From: Oscillospiraceae bacterium
Lineage (GTDB): Bacteria; Bacillota; Clostridia; Oscillospirales; Acutalibacteraceae
Reading direction: 5' to 3'
Length of the DNA stretch: 64,000 bases
Assembly (NCBI GenBank): GCA_031549535.1
Contig: JAVBPP010000024.1
Span: forward strand, 10,180 to 74,179
Below, one piece after another: positions 16,435 through 25,747 of the stretch (its first letter is position 1; the number at the start of each line of letters is the position of its first letter). The translations under genes and the position numbers were made by a program. A model generated the notes under the pieces. It searched no databases. It was not told the DNA's origin and was given only the letters and a program-made list of their open reading frames with translations.

Positions 16435-17682
16435 TTATTCCCGAATTTGGCCGTTGCCGTAAATCACAAACTTTTCGCTTACAAGCTTGGATAGCCCCAA
16501 GGGGCCGCGCGCATGGAGCTTTTGGGTGGAGATGCCGATTTCCGCGCCATAGCCAAACTCGCCGCCGTCCGTAAAGCGCGTGGAGGCGTTGACATAAACC
16601 GCCGCCGAATCCACTTCGTCTAAAAAGCGCTGCGCGCTGCTATAATCCTCTGTAACGATGCATTCGCTGTGGTGGGTGGAATAGCGGTCAATCCAGGCAA
16701 TTGCCTCGTCGATATTCTCCACAACCTTGACACTGAGGATATAGTCGCCGTATTCCGTTTCCCAATCCTCCGGGGTAGCCGCCACGGCACCGGGCAAAAT
16801 GGCGCAGACCACTTCATCCCCGCGAATTTCCACAGTTTTTTCACACAGACGCCCTTGCATCGTCAACAGGGCAAGCTCCGCTATATCTTTATGAAGCAAC
16901 ACGCTCTCGCATGCATTGCATACGGAGGGGCGGCTGGTTTTTGCGTTGTAAATAATCTGCGCAGCCATTTCAATGTCCGCGTCGCGGTCCACATAGATAT
17001 GGCAGTTACCCGCACCGGTTTCAATGACGGGAACGCTTGCGTGTTCCACCACGGAGCGAATCAGCCCCGCCCCGCCCCGCGGAATCAAAACGTCCACATA
17101 ACCGTTTAGGCGCATGAGTGCGGTTGCGCTCTCGCGGGAGGTGTCCTCCACCAGCTGAATACAATCCGCAGGGAGCCCTGCCTGCTCCAGCGCCGTGCGC
17201 AAAACGCTCACAATTGCGGTGTTGGAGAAAATCGCTTCCTTCCCCCCGCGCAGAATGACGGCGTTCCCCGCCTTTAAACACAGGGCGGCCGCGTCTGAGG
17301 TTACATTCGGCCTTGCCTCAAAAATAATGCCGATTACGCCCAGCGGCACACTCACGCAATAAACCCTCATGCCGTTGGGGCGCACATCACCCGAACGCAT
17401 TTTGCCGATGGGGTCCGCCTCGCTGTTCACCGCGCGCAGCCCCTGTGCCATGCCCGCAATGCGCTCATCGGTCAGCGTCAAGCGGTCGAGCAAGGCCGTG
17501 CTCATCCCCGCCTGCGCCGCGTTTTCCACATCCCGCGCATTGGCGGCACATATCTGCTCGCTGTTTGCAAGCAGAGCCTGTTCCATGGCAGCGAGTGCGG
17601 CTGTGCGCACGGCTCCGCCTGCCTTTGCCAAAAGACGCTGTGCCTGTTTGGCGCGTATGCCCAATTCTTCCATTGTTGTCAT
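16435..17682 (-). CDS. proA: glutamate-5-semialdehyde dehydrogenase
   Basis: Track ORF extends to 17739. The ATG at 17682 (MTTMEELG) lies 4 nt after the proB stop. The sequence is typical ProA. Confidence 0.93.
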   Translation of the reverse strand: MTTMEELGIRAKQAQRLLAKAGGAVRTAALAAMEQALLANSEQICAANARDVENAAQAGMSTALLDRLTLTDERIAGMAQGLRAVNSEADPIGKMRSGDVRPNGMRVYCVSVPLGVIGIIFEARPNVTSDAAALCLKAGNAVILRGGKEAIFSNTAIVSVLRTALEQAGLPADCIQLVEDTSRESATALMRLNGYVDVLIPRGGAGLIRSVVEHASVPVIETGAGNCHIYVDRDADIEMAAQIIYNAKTSRPSVCNACESVLLHKDIAELALLTMQGRLCEKTVEIRGDEVVCAILPGAVAATPEDWETEYGDYILSVKVVENIDEAIAWIDRYSTHHSECIVTEDYSSAQRFLDEVDSAAVYVNASTRFTDGGEFGYGAEIGISTQKLHARGPLGLSKLVSEKFVIYGNGQIRE

Positions 17683-17686
17683 ATGC

Positions 17687-18490
17687 TCATGCCTTTGCCT
17701 TTCTGCCGACAAAATGGGTGCCGATTTGTCGGCCCTCAAACAGTTTGTATAAATCCTCCGGGTCCGCGCCGTTCATCACAATCACATCAATGCCCGCTTC
17801 GGTTGCGATTTTTGCGGCCTGTAGCTTGGTTGCCGTGCCACCTGTGCCCCGTTTGGAGCCCGGTGCGCCGCCCATGGCCATGATTTCGTCCGTAAGCTCC
17901 CGAACCAGGGGGATATGGTACGCGTCCGGGTTCTCACGCGGATCCGCGCTGAACAGGCCGTCCGTATCCGTTAAAATCACCAGTGCGTCCGCCTCCACAA
18001 GCTTTGCCACAATGGCGCTCAAGCGGTCATTATCCCCGAACACATTCTCGATTTCATCCACCGCAACGCTGTCGTTCTCATTGATAATCGGCAAAACCTG
18101 GTACTCCAGCATTTTGCCCAGCGTGTTAATTAAATTCCCGCGCCGACCCGGCTCCTCTGTGTCAAACTTGGTGATGAGCAGTTGACCGACCGTTTGGCCA
18201 AATTCGCCAAACAGCTTGTCATACATAAACATCAGCTCGCACTGCCCAACAGTCGCGACAGCCTGGCGGCTGGGCGTATCCTTTGGGCGCTCCGGCAAAT
18301 TGAGCTTGCCCACGCCGATGCCCAGCGCGGCGGAGGTGACCAAAATCACTTCTTTGCCGGAGTTGCTCAAGTCAGATAATACTTGCGCCAGCTTGGAAAT
18401 TCGGCGGATATTCGCCTTGCCGCTTTCATAAGTCAAGGAGGAGGTACCAACCTTGACGACGATGCGTTTGGCCTGTTTGATGGTTTCCAT
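17687..18490 (-). CDS. proB: glutamate 5-kinase (short form, no PUA domain)
   Basis: 267 aa. The KRIVVKVGTSSLT amino-acid kinase N-terminus is present. Adjacent to proA. Confidence 0.93.
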   Translation of the reverse strand: METIKQAKRIVVKVGTSSLTYESGKANIRRISKLAQVLSDLSNSGKEVILVTSAALGIGVGKLNLPERPKDTPSRQAVATVGQCELMFMYDKLFGEFGQTVGQLLITKFDTEEPGRRGNLINTLGKMLEYQVLPIINENDSVAVDEIENVFGDNDRLSAIVAKLVEADALVILTDTDGLFSADPRENPDAYHIPLVRELTDEIMAMGGAPGSKRGTGGTATKLQAAKIATEAGIDVIVMNGADPEDLYKLFEGRQIGTHFVGRKAKA

Positions 18491-18504
18491 GCGATTATTC
18501 CTAT

Positions 18505-19764
18505 CTATTGTAATATTTCTTGATACACGTTTTCCGCTTTCAATTCCCCGACCACGCAGAGCGAGGCCTTGCTTAACTCCGTCACCGTCTGCGCCGCCTG
18601 CAGAACCTCCGGCAGCGTCACTGCGCGAATTTTTTGAATGATTGCATCCTCAGAGAGCACGCTACCGTAAAGCAACTCACTGCGCCCTGTGTGCGAAACC
18701 CGCGTTGCCGTGGATTCAAAGCCCATAATCATGCTGGCAATTGCCTGTTCTTTCACACGGGCAAGCTCCTCCTCCTGCAAAGAGGCGGCAAAGCCGCGCA
18801 GGATGGAAACGGTTTCCGTCAGTGCCTGCACCTCGGCCTCCGGCGAGACGCCCATGGCTATGCCAAACAGCCCCGCCGTCAAATGCGGCACGTGAAAGGA
18901 TTCCACGGAATACACAAGACCCAGGTCCTCGCGAATCCGGCGAAACAGCCGGGAAGAGGAGGAGGCGCCGAGCAGGGAGGAATACAGCTGAATGGCATAT
19001 TTCCGCTCATCCCCCGCCGCCACGCCGGGGAAGCCCAAAACAAGCTGGTTCTGCTCCACATCTTTTTCATGCAACAACATGGTAGGCTGGTAGCGCACCG
19101 CGCCGAGCATGCCCGCGTCGCCGCCGTCTTGAATTGTGCCGAAAAATTCCTCGCACAATTCTTCCACGCGTCCCAGGTCAAAATTCCCGCAGAAGGAAAC
19201 AACCATGCGCGAGGGGCGGTAATAGCGCTGCAGGTGGGTGCAAAGGGAATCAATCTTCGTTGCGGAGACGGTTTCCCGCGTGCCGAGGATATTGCGCCCG
19301 AAGGCGTTTTCCGGCCAAACGGATTCATAGAATAAATCCATGCACAAATCCTCCGGAGAATCCTCATACATGGCAATTTCTTCCGTAATAATGCCTTTTT
19401 CGGTTTGGATATCCTGCTCATCCAGGCGCGGGTTGGTCACCATGTCGGCAATCACCGAAAAGGCCTGCTCCACATGGTCGGTCAGTGCGCGGGCATAAAT
19501 GCAGGTGTATTCTTTGGCCGTATAGGCGTTTAACACGCCGCCAATCGCGTCCATTTGTTGCGCGATATCCTGCGCGCTGCGCGTGGGTGTGCCTTTGAAC
19601 AGCATGTGCTCCATAAAGTGGGAAAGCCCGGCCTGCTCCGCGCTTTCGTAGCCGGAGCCGCTCGCAATCCACACCCCCATGGAACAGCTGCGCATGCGCT
19701 CGTCCTGCTCCAGCAGAATCCGCAGCCCGTTGGGGAAAACCAAGCGTTTGATGTCGCGTTCCAA
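18505..19764 (-). CDS. M16 family (pitrilysin-like) zinc peptidase
   Basis: Inverted zinc motif HFMEH (HxxEH) near the N-terminus. 419 aa. Confidence 0.85.
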   Translation of the reverse strand: MERDIKRLVFPNGLRILLEQDERMRSCSMGVWIASGSGYESAEQAGLSHFMEHMLFKGTPTRSAQDIAQQMDAIGGVLNAYTAKEYTCIYARALTDHVEQAFSVIADMVTNPRLDEQDIQTEKGIITEEIAMYEDSPEDLCMDLFYESVWPENAFGRNILGTRETVSATKIDSLCTHLQRYYRPSRMVVSFCGNFDLGRVEELCEEFFGTIQDGGDAGMLGAVRYQPTMLLHEKDVEQNQLVLGFPGVAAGDERKYAIQLYSSLLGASSSSRLFRRIREDLGLVYSVESFHVPHLTAGLFGIAMGVSPEAEVQALTETVSILRGFAASLQEEELARVKEQAIASMIMGFESTATRVSHTGRSELLYGSVLSEDAIIQKIRAVTLPEVLQAAQTVTELSKASLCVVGELKAENVYQEILQ

Positions 19765-19850
19765 ATAGTCAACCGCCTTTTTAAAATTTAAGTGAAATAA
19801 TCATAGTATTTGCGGCGTTAAAAGTCAATATCGCGGGCTCAGCTGCCGCG

Positions 19851-21020
19851 CTACGCCCGCGCCACACCCGTCTCCCGCGCCGCGCGGGCTACAGCCTCGG
19901 CTACGGCTGGGCCTACGCGTGGGTCGAAGGCCTCCGGTAAAATCCGCTCGCAGCTTCTCTCGTCCGGGGCAATCAAATCCGCCAGTGCGTGGGCAGCCGC
20001 GAGTTTCATGGCCTCGTTGATGTCACGCGCACGCACATCCAAAGCACCGCGAAAAATGCCGGGGAAGGCCAAAACGTTGTTGATTTGGTTTGGAAAATCA
20101 CTTCTGCCTGTGCCGACAACTGCGGCGCCCGCTTTTTTGGCCAAATCGGGCATAATTTCCGGAACAGGGTTTGCCATGGCGAGCACAACGGCATCCGCCG
20201 CCATGCCGCGCACCATATCCTGCGTCACAACGCCCGGCGCGGAGACACCGATAAAGACATCCGCCCCCTGCATGGCATCCGCGAGGGAGCCGCGCCTTTT
20301 CTGCTTGTTGGTAAAGGCCGCAAGCTCCGCCTTGGCGCTGCTTAACGCATCTCCTGCGCAGATAAGGCCGCTGCGGTCACACAGCAGCTGATCCTTCACA
20401 CCCAGGGTAGCAAGCAGCCTGGCGATGGCAACCCCCGCCGCACCCGCTCCGCTGAACGCCACCGTACATTCTTCAATCCGCTTGCCCACCAGGCGCAGGG
20501 CATTGAGAAGCGCCGCCACGGTGACTACTGCGGTGCCGTGCTGGTCGTCATGAAAAATAGGGATATCACAGCGCTCCTTGAGCTTGCGCTCAATTTCAAA
20601 ACAGCGCGGCGCGGAGATGTCCTCCAGGTTCACACCGCCGAAGCTGCCCGCAAGCAGGGCGACGGTGTTGACAATCTCATCCACATCCTTGGAGCGAATG
20701 CAGAGCGGAAGGGCATCCACCCCGCCGAATTCCTTAAACAAAACGCACTTGCCCTCCATCACAGGCATGCCCGCCTCAGGGCCGATATCGCCCAGCCCCA
20801 GCACAGCTGTTCCATCCGTCACAACGGCAACGGTGTTCCAGCGGCGGGTGAGCAAATAGCTCTGGTTGACGTCCTTTTGAATTTCCAAGCAGGGCTGTGC
20901 AACACCGGGCGTGTAGGCAAGCGACAGCTCTTGCCGATTGCTGACCGTTGCGCGGGCAACCATCTCCAGCTTGCCCTTCCACTCATAATGCAGCTTCAAT
21001 GATTCTGATGCGTAATCCAT
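19851..21020 (-). CDS. NAD(P)-dependent malic enzyme (short form)
   Basis: Typical motifs LSLAYTPGVA, VVTDGTAVLGLGDIG and FSGAGAAG. Confidence 0.9.
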   Translation of the reverse strand: MDYASESLKLHYEWKGKLEMVARATVSNRQELSLAYTPGVAQPCLEIQKDVNQSYLLTRRWNTVAVVTDGTAVLGLGDIGPEAGMPVMEGKCVLFKEFGGVDALPLCIRSKDVDEIVNTVALLAGSFGGVNLEDISAPRCFEIERKLKERCDIPIFHDDQHGTAVVTVAALLNALRLVGKRIEECTVAFSGAGAAGVAIARLLATLGVKDQLLCDRSGLICAGDALSSAKAELAAFTNKQKRRGSLADAMQGADVFIGVSAPGVVTQDMVRGMAADAVVLAMANPVPEIMPDLAKKAGAAVVGTGRSDFPNQINNVLAFPGIFRGALDVRARDINEAMKLAAAHALADLIAPDERSCERILPEAFDPRVGPAVAEAVARAARETGVARA

Positions 21021-21032
21021 ATGAACTCTCCT

Positions 21033-22541
21033 TTACTCGTTTGCCCAGCTCAAGGAACGCTCCACCGCCTTCTTCCAGCCCGCATAGAGCGTATCCCGCT
21101 GTGCTTGCTCCATGTGCGGCGTGAAAACCCGCTGCGAGACGCGGTTTTGCAGCAGCTCCTCTTTGTTCTTCCAAAAACCAACAGCTAGCCCGGCGAGATA
21201 GGCCGCGCCAAGCGCCGTCGTCTCCACTGTTTCCGGCCTGTCAACCCGGCAGCGCACAAAATCCGCTTGAATCTGCAGCAAAATATCGCTCACGCTCGCG
21301 CCGCCGTCCGCGCGCAGCTGCGTAAAATCTATGCCGGAATCCGCGCGCATAGCCTCCAGAAGATCCGTAACCTGGAAGGCAATGGCCTCCAGCACACTGC
21401 GCGCAATGTGTGCGCGGCTCACCCCGCGCGTCAAGCCTACCAAAATCCCCCGCGCATACATATCCCAATACGGTGCGCCCAGGCCCGTGAACGCGGGGAC
21501 GAAAAAGGCCCCGTTTGCGTCCGGCACACTCGCGGCAAGCTCATCGCAGCGGCTGGCCGTGTCAATCATATGCAACTCATCCCGCAGCCATTTGATGACG
21601 GAACCGGCATTGAAGGCCGAACCCTCAATGGCGTATTCCACCGAATCGCCAAGACCCCAGGCAACGCCCGTGAGCAGCTTGTTGTGGGATTGCACCCGTG
21701 TTTTCCCCGTGTTCATAAGTAAAAAACAGCCTGTTCCATAGGTGTTTTTTGCCTCCCCGGGGGAGAAGCAGCATTGCCCGAACAGGGCGGCGGGCTGGTC
21801 GCCCACAGCGCTGGCTATGGGAATGCCCGCAAGCGCCTCCAAACCCAGTATCCCCGGCGCAACCGCCCCGTATACCGCACCGGACGGCATGGGCGTGGGC
21901 AGCAATTCCATCGGCACGCGAAGCTTTTTGCAAAGTGTTTTGTCCCACTGCAGGGTATCCACATCAAACAGCATGGTGCGCGAGGCATTGGAATAATCCG
22001 TGATATGCACCTTGCCGCCTGTCAAATTCCAAATCAGCCAGCTGTCCACCGTGCCAAAACAAAGCTCCCCCGCCTGCGCTTTTTCCCGCGCACCGGGGAC
22101 GTGATCTAAAATCCAGGCAATTTTTGTGCCGGAAAAATAAGCGTCAATCACAAGGCCGGTTTTCTGCGTGATATAGTCTGCCAAACCGGGCTCCTGTTTC
22201 AGCTGTTCGCACTGCTCCGCCGTGCGCCTGCATTGCCAGACAATGGCGTTGTAAATCGGTTTTCCGCTCGCTCTATCCCAGATAACCGTAGTTTCACGCT
22301 GATTGGTGATGCCGACCGCGGCAATCTCCGCCGCCTGCGCCACCCCCTTGCGCAGCAGGGAGGACACGGACTGAAACTGGCTGTAAAGGATTTCCATTGG
22401 GTCATGCTCCACCCAGCCCGCGCGGGGGTAAAGCTGCTGAAATTCGTTCTGAGAGCTCGCGGCGATGGTTCCCCTGCGGTCAAACAAAATCGCCCGGGAG
22501 CTGGTGGTTCCCTGGTCAAGCGCCAAAATATACTGCTTCAT
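21033..22541 (-). CDS. glpK: glycerol kinase
   Basis: Track ORF extends to 22634. The ATG at 22541 (MKQYILALDQGTTSSR) follows a GGGGGAGGG RBS. The sequence is canonical FGGY kinase. Confidence 0.95.
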   Translation of the reverse strand: MKQYILALDQGTTSSRAILFDRRGTIAASSQNEFQQLYPRAGWVEHDPMEILYSQFQSVSSLLRKGVAQAAEIAAVGITNQRETTVIWDRASGKPIYNAIVWQCRRTAEQCEQLKQEPGLADYITQKTGLVIDAYFSGTKIAWILDHVPGAREKAQAGELCFGTVDSWLIWNLTGGKVHITDYSNASRTMLFDVDTLQWDKTLCKKLRVPMELLPTPMPSGAVYGAVAPGILGLEALAGIPIASAVGDQPAALFGQCCFSPGEAKNTYGTGCFLLMNTGKTRVQSHNKLLTGVAWGLGDSVEYAIEGSAFNAGSVIKWLRDELHMIDTASRCDELAASVPDANGAFFVPAFTGLGAPYWDMYARGILVGLTRGVSRAHIARSVLEAIAFQVTDLLEAMRADSGIDFTQLRADGGASVSDILLQIQADFVRCRVDRPETVETTALGAAYLAGLAVGFWKNKEELLQNRVSQRVFTPHMEQAQRDTLYAGWKKAVERSLSWANE

Positions 22542-22676
22542 GGCCAAGCCCTCCCCCATATTCTTCTTAATTGTATTATCATAATCCGTTTGGGCTGCGA
22601 TGTCAACTTTTGACAACAAGTTGCAGCGCTTCAAAAAACGACCTTCACTTGCTTTTTTTCGGCGGCTGCCTTATAG

Positions 22677-22782
22677 TAATACCAATCACCATTAAGAATA
22701 CTTCCTGCAACATTCGGCAAGAGCGCATACACGAAACGCCCGTTACCGAATTTTGCAAGTATTCTAAAAGGTGATTGGTATA
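22677..22782 (+). repeat. RF-B palindromic MITE-like element, copy 1 (~106 bp)
   Basis: About 95% identical to the reverse complement of 46927-47031. The termini TAATACCAATCACC and GGTGATTGGTATA are inverted, and the internal arms pair over about 40 bp. Confidence 0.85.
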
Positions 22783-22808
22783 ACAAACAGGGACAAGGGG
22801 GGATTTTC

Positions 22809-23870
22809 ATGCGAAAATATCATATTGACAATCTGCGCTGGGCAGTGGTTTTATTTTTGTTTCCCTACCACACGTTTATGGTGTATAACCACTTTGGGGA
22901 CGATTTTTATGTCAAGGGCGCGGCGCTTCCCTTTGCAGGGAACGTGATTATTGCCACCTGGCCCTTTCTTATGCCGCTGATGTTTCTGCTGGCGGGCGTC
23001 AGCTCCTATTATGCGCTGCAAAAGCGCAGCACGGGAGAATACTGCAAGGAACGCGTGAAAAGGCTGTTGATCCCCTTTCTGGCGGGGGTGCTGCTCCTGG
23101 TTCCGAGCCAAACCTATTTTGCGGAACGCTTTCACAACGGCTATACCGGCGGCTATGTTCGGCAGTATCTCCTCTTTTTCACAAAGCCTACCGATTTGAG
23201 CGGCAATACGGGCGGATTTACACCCGGACAGCTTTGGTTCATTCTGTTTCTGTTTGTGATTTCCCTTCTCACGCTACCGCTGTTACACTGGCGGAAACAG
23301 TCCGGCAAACAGTTTGCGGCGGAAAAAATTCCGCTGCCGCTGCTGCTCTTATTTTTCTTGATTCCCAGCGTAAGCCAGATTGTTCTGGATTTTGGCGGAA
23401 AAAGCCTGGGGGAGTATAGCGCCTTTTTTCTGTTGGGTTATTTTGTTGTCGCAAGAGAAGCGCTGCAGCAAAAGCTGGAAAAATACCGCTGGCTCCTGCT
23501 TGCGCTCGCTCTGTGCAGCATGATACCGTATACTTTTTTCGGCCGGGAGCTGGAGGCAAAAAGCACGCTCGCCTATGAGGCGCTGTACGGTTTTTACGCA
23601 TGGGCGGCTGTGCTCGCCCTGCTCGGCCTTGGCAGGCGGTATTTTGCGCAGCATAACAAGCTGACAGCCTATTTATCCGGTGCATCCTTCGGCATTTATG
23701 AGTTTCACCAGCAGTGGCTCGTTATGGCCGCGTTTTTCGCCCTGCGCTGGACAGGCAGCGTACCGCTGCAGCTGGCCATGATACTCGCGTTCAGCGTTGG
23801 CGCAACCTTTTTGCAGTACGAGCTGTTTCGCCGCTGGTCGGTAACGCGGTTTTTGTTTGGACTAAAATGA
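22809..23870 (+). CDS. membrane acyltransferase family 3 (OafA/OpgC-like) protein
   Basis: Polytopic membrane protein. The N-terminus IDNLRWAVVLFLFPYHTF is typical of the acyltransferase_3 family. Confidence 0.7.
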   Translation: MRKYHIDNLRWAVVLFLFPYHTFMVYNHFGDDFYVKGAALPFAGNVIIATWPFLMPLMFLLAGVSSYYALQKRSTGEYCKERVKRLLIPFLAGVLLLVPSQTYFAERFHNGYTGGYVRQYLLFFTKPTDLSGNTGGFTPGQLWFILFLFVISLLTLPLLHWRKQSGKQFAAEKIPLPLLLLFFLIPSVSQIVLDFGGKSLGEYSAFFLLGYFVVAREALQQKLEKYRWLLLALALCSMIPYTFFGRELEAKSTLAYEALYGFYAWAAVLALLGLGRRYFAQHNKLTAYLSGASFGIYEFHQQWLVMAAFFALRWTGSVPLQLAMILAFSVGATFLQYELFRRWSVTRFLFGLK

Positions 23871-23875
23871 GTCCT

Positions 23876-25747
23876 TTAGTTGTAATATTGTGCCTGCGCG
23901 TGCCATAGCTCGGCATACTTCCCCTGTGTGTCACACAGCAGCTGCTCGTGGGTGCCGGTTTGAACCATTTCTCCGCCGTGGAACACCGCAATCTTGTCGC
24001 TGAAGCGGCAGGAGGAAAGGCGGTGGGAAATATAGATGGCCGTTTTGGCGCTGATGATTTCGTTGATACGGGAATAAATGTCATATTCGGCAATTGGGTC
24101 AAGCGATGCGGTGGGTTCATCCAGAATCACAAAGGGCGCATCCTTGTAGAGGGCGCGGGCAATGGCAATTTTCTGTTCCTCTCCGCCGGAAACCTCAACC
24201 CCATCCTCTTCAAAGTGTTTATAGAGCGGATGCTCCAGACCGCGCGAAAATTCCGCTACCCGCTCCATGACACCTGCCATCCGGAGGCTTTGCTTGACCC
24301 TGTCGCTGTCATATTCCAGGTCGGAGGCCACCACTTGACCAAGCGGGAAGGCCAGCAAATGAAAATCCTGAAACACAACGGAGAAGAGCGCGAGGTATTC
24401 CTCATACTTATATTCCTTGATGTCAATGCCATCCAGCGTGATGCTGCCCTCGGTCGGGTCATACAGGCGGCAGAGCAGCTTAATCATGGTTGTTTTGCCG
24501 GAGCCGTTCATGCCTACCACCGCCAACCGCTCCCCGATGTTTAAGGTGAAGGAAACATTACGCAGCGCGTATTCCTCGCTGCCAGGGTAGCGAAAACTGA
24601 CATCATGGAACGCAATGCGGTAGTCCGGCTTTTTGGGAACGAGTTTCGTTCCCATTTTCATTTCAGAGGGGATTTCCACATAATCAAAAAAGAACTGCAG
24701 CGCCTCGTTGTTGTTGCGCAGATCCGTGAAGGCGCTTACAATTTCATTGGCGGCGGAAACCAGGCGGTTGATGGAACCGAAGTAAAGCATAACACTGCCC
24801 AGGGAAAACGCCGTGGTTGCAATGGCCTTGAGCGCCACAAAAATATAGATAAACGCGCCCAGCAGGGTGACTGCAAACGTCTCGCGGCCTAAATATTTGA
24901 TATCAATTTTCTCCCGAAATTTCTGAAAGTTGGTAATAATGGCGTTGCAGCTGCGGTCAATTTCATGCAAGACTAAGTTTTTTTGGTTAAATATTCGCAC
25001 ATCCTTGGCGGCCTTGTTATCATTCAAATATTCTTCTTTGTAAAATCGGTTGTAAAGCTCTGATTTTGCAATCAGAGAATGGTGCTGGATGCGCTCCTGA
25101 AATGCGCGGCGATTGATTACTACAGTGTAAACAATGCTGGCAATTACAAGCGCAAACAGAATGGCCGTCGGCCATATGGAGCTTAAAAATACATACAGGC
25201 TGCTGTCGTTCAACGGCTGGGTGCTTACAGAAAACATGGAGTAGGAAAGCACGACGGCAACCACGATGGACGCGACGGAGCTGACAATGTACGCCATCAA
25301 GGAGGGCAGCTTGCACACGCCGCCCCAGCTGACCCAGGAATTTTCAAAAACCTTTTCGCGCATGGCGTTAATTGCGGGATCCTCCAGCTTCGCATAATCC
25401 ATTTGATAGCTAATGTGGTTGAGCTGAATCTCCTGAAAGCGCACCAGCGTGATGCTTTTGACCCGCGCTCTGCGCTCAAAAAAGGCCCCGACGGCCTCCA
25501 ACACCAGGGTTACGCCGGTTGCGATTGCAACATAGAAAATCAGTGTGCGCAAATTGCGCGCCCCGGATAGCTCGTTGATAATTTTAGAGGACATATAGAT
25601 GGGTACATAGGGGGTCAAAAAAGCGAGTAATTCACTGATGTGGATGAGCGGGAGGTCGCCCGGCGCGATTTCCCGCACAAAGCAAAGCCCCTTCCAGATT
25701 ATCCGAAAATTTGCTTGTAAGCTGTTCGGCTTGTTGTCCCGTTTCAA
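23876..25747 (-). CDS. ABC exporter fused permease/ATPase subunit
   Basis: Walker A GMNGSGKTT, signature VSGGEEQK and Walker B FVILDEPT, with an N-terminal six-TM-type domain. Confidence 0.9.
   Translation of the reverse strand: MKRDNKPNSLQANFRIIWKGLCFVREIAPGDLPLIHISELLAFLTPYVPIYMSSKIINELSGARNLRTLIFYVAIATGVTLVLEAVGAFFERRARVKSITLVRFQEIQLNHISYQMDYAKLEDPAINAMREKVFENSWVSWGGVCKLPSLMAYIVSSVASIVVAVVLSYSMFSVSTQPLNDSSLYVFLSSIWPTAILFALVIASIVYTVVINRRAFQERIQHHSLIAKSELYNRFYKEEYLNDNKAAKDVRIFNQKNLVLHEIDRSCNAIITNFQKFREKIDIKYLGRETFAVTLLGAFIYIFVALKAIATTAFSLGSVMLYFGSINRLVSAANEIVSAFTDLRNNNEALQFFFDYVEIPSEMKMGTKLVPKKPDYRIAFHDVSFRYPGSEEYALRNVSFTLNIGERLAVVGMNGSGKTTMIKLLCRLYDPTEGSITLDGIDIKEYKYEEYLALFSVVFQDFHLLAFPLGQVVASDLEYDSDRVKQSLRMAGVMERVAEFSRGLEHPLYKHFEEDGVEVSGGEEQKIAIARALYKDAPFVILDEPTASLDPIAEYDIYSRINEIISAKTAIYISHRLSSCRFSDKIAVFHGGEMVQTGTHEQLLCDTQGKYAELWHAQAQYYN

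Noticed and set aside
17687-18490. ProB is only 267 aa and lacks the PUA domain.
   Set aside because: Short PUA-less glutamate 5-kinases are a known natural variant in several bacterial lineages. The kinase domain appears complete and is coupled to proA.
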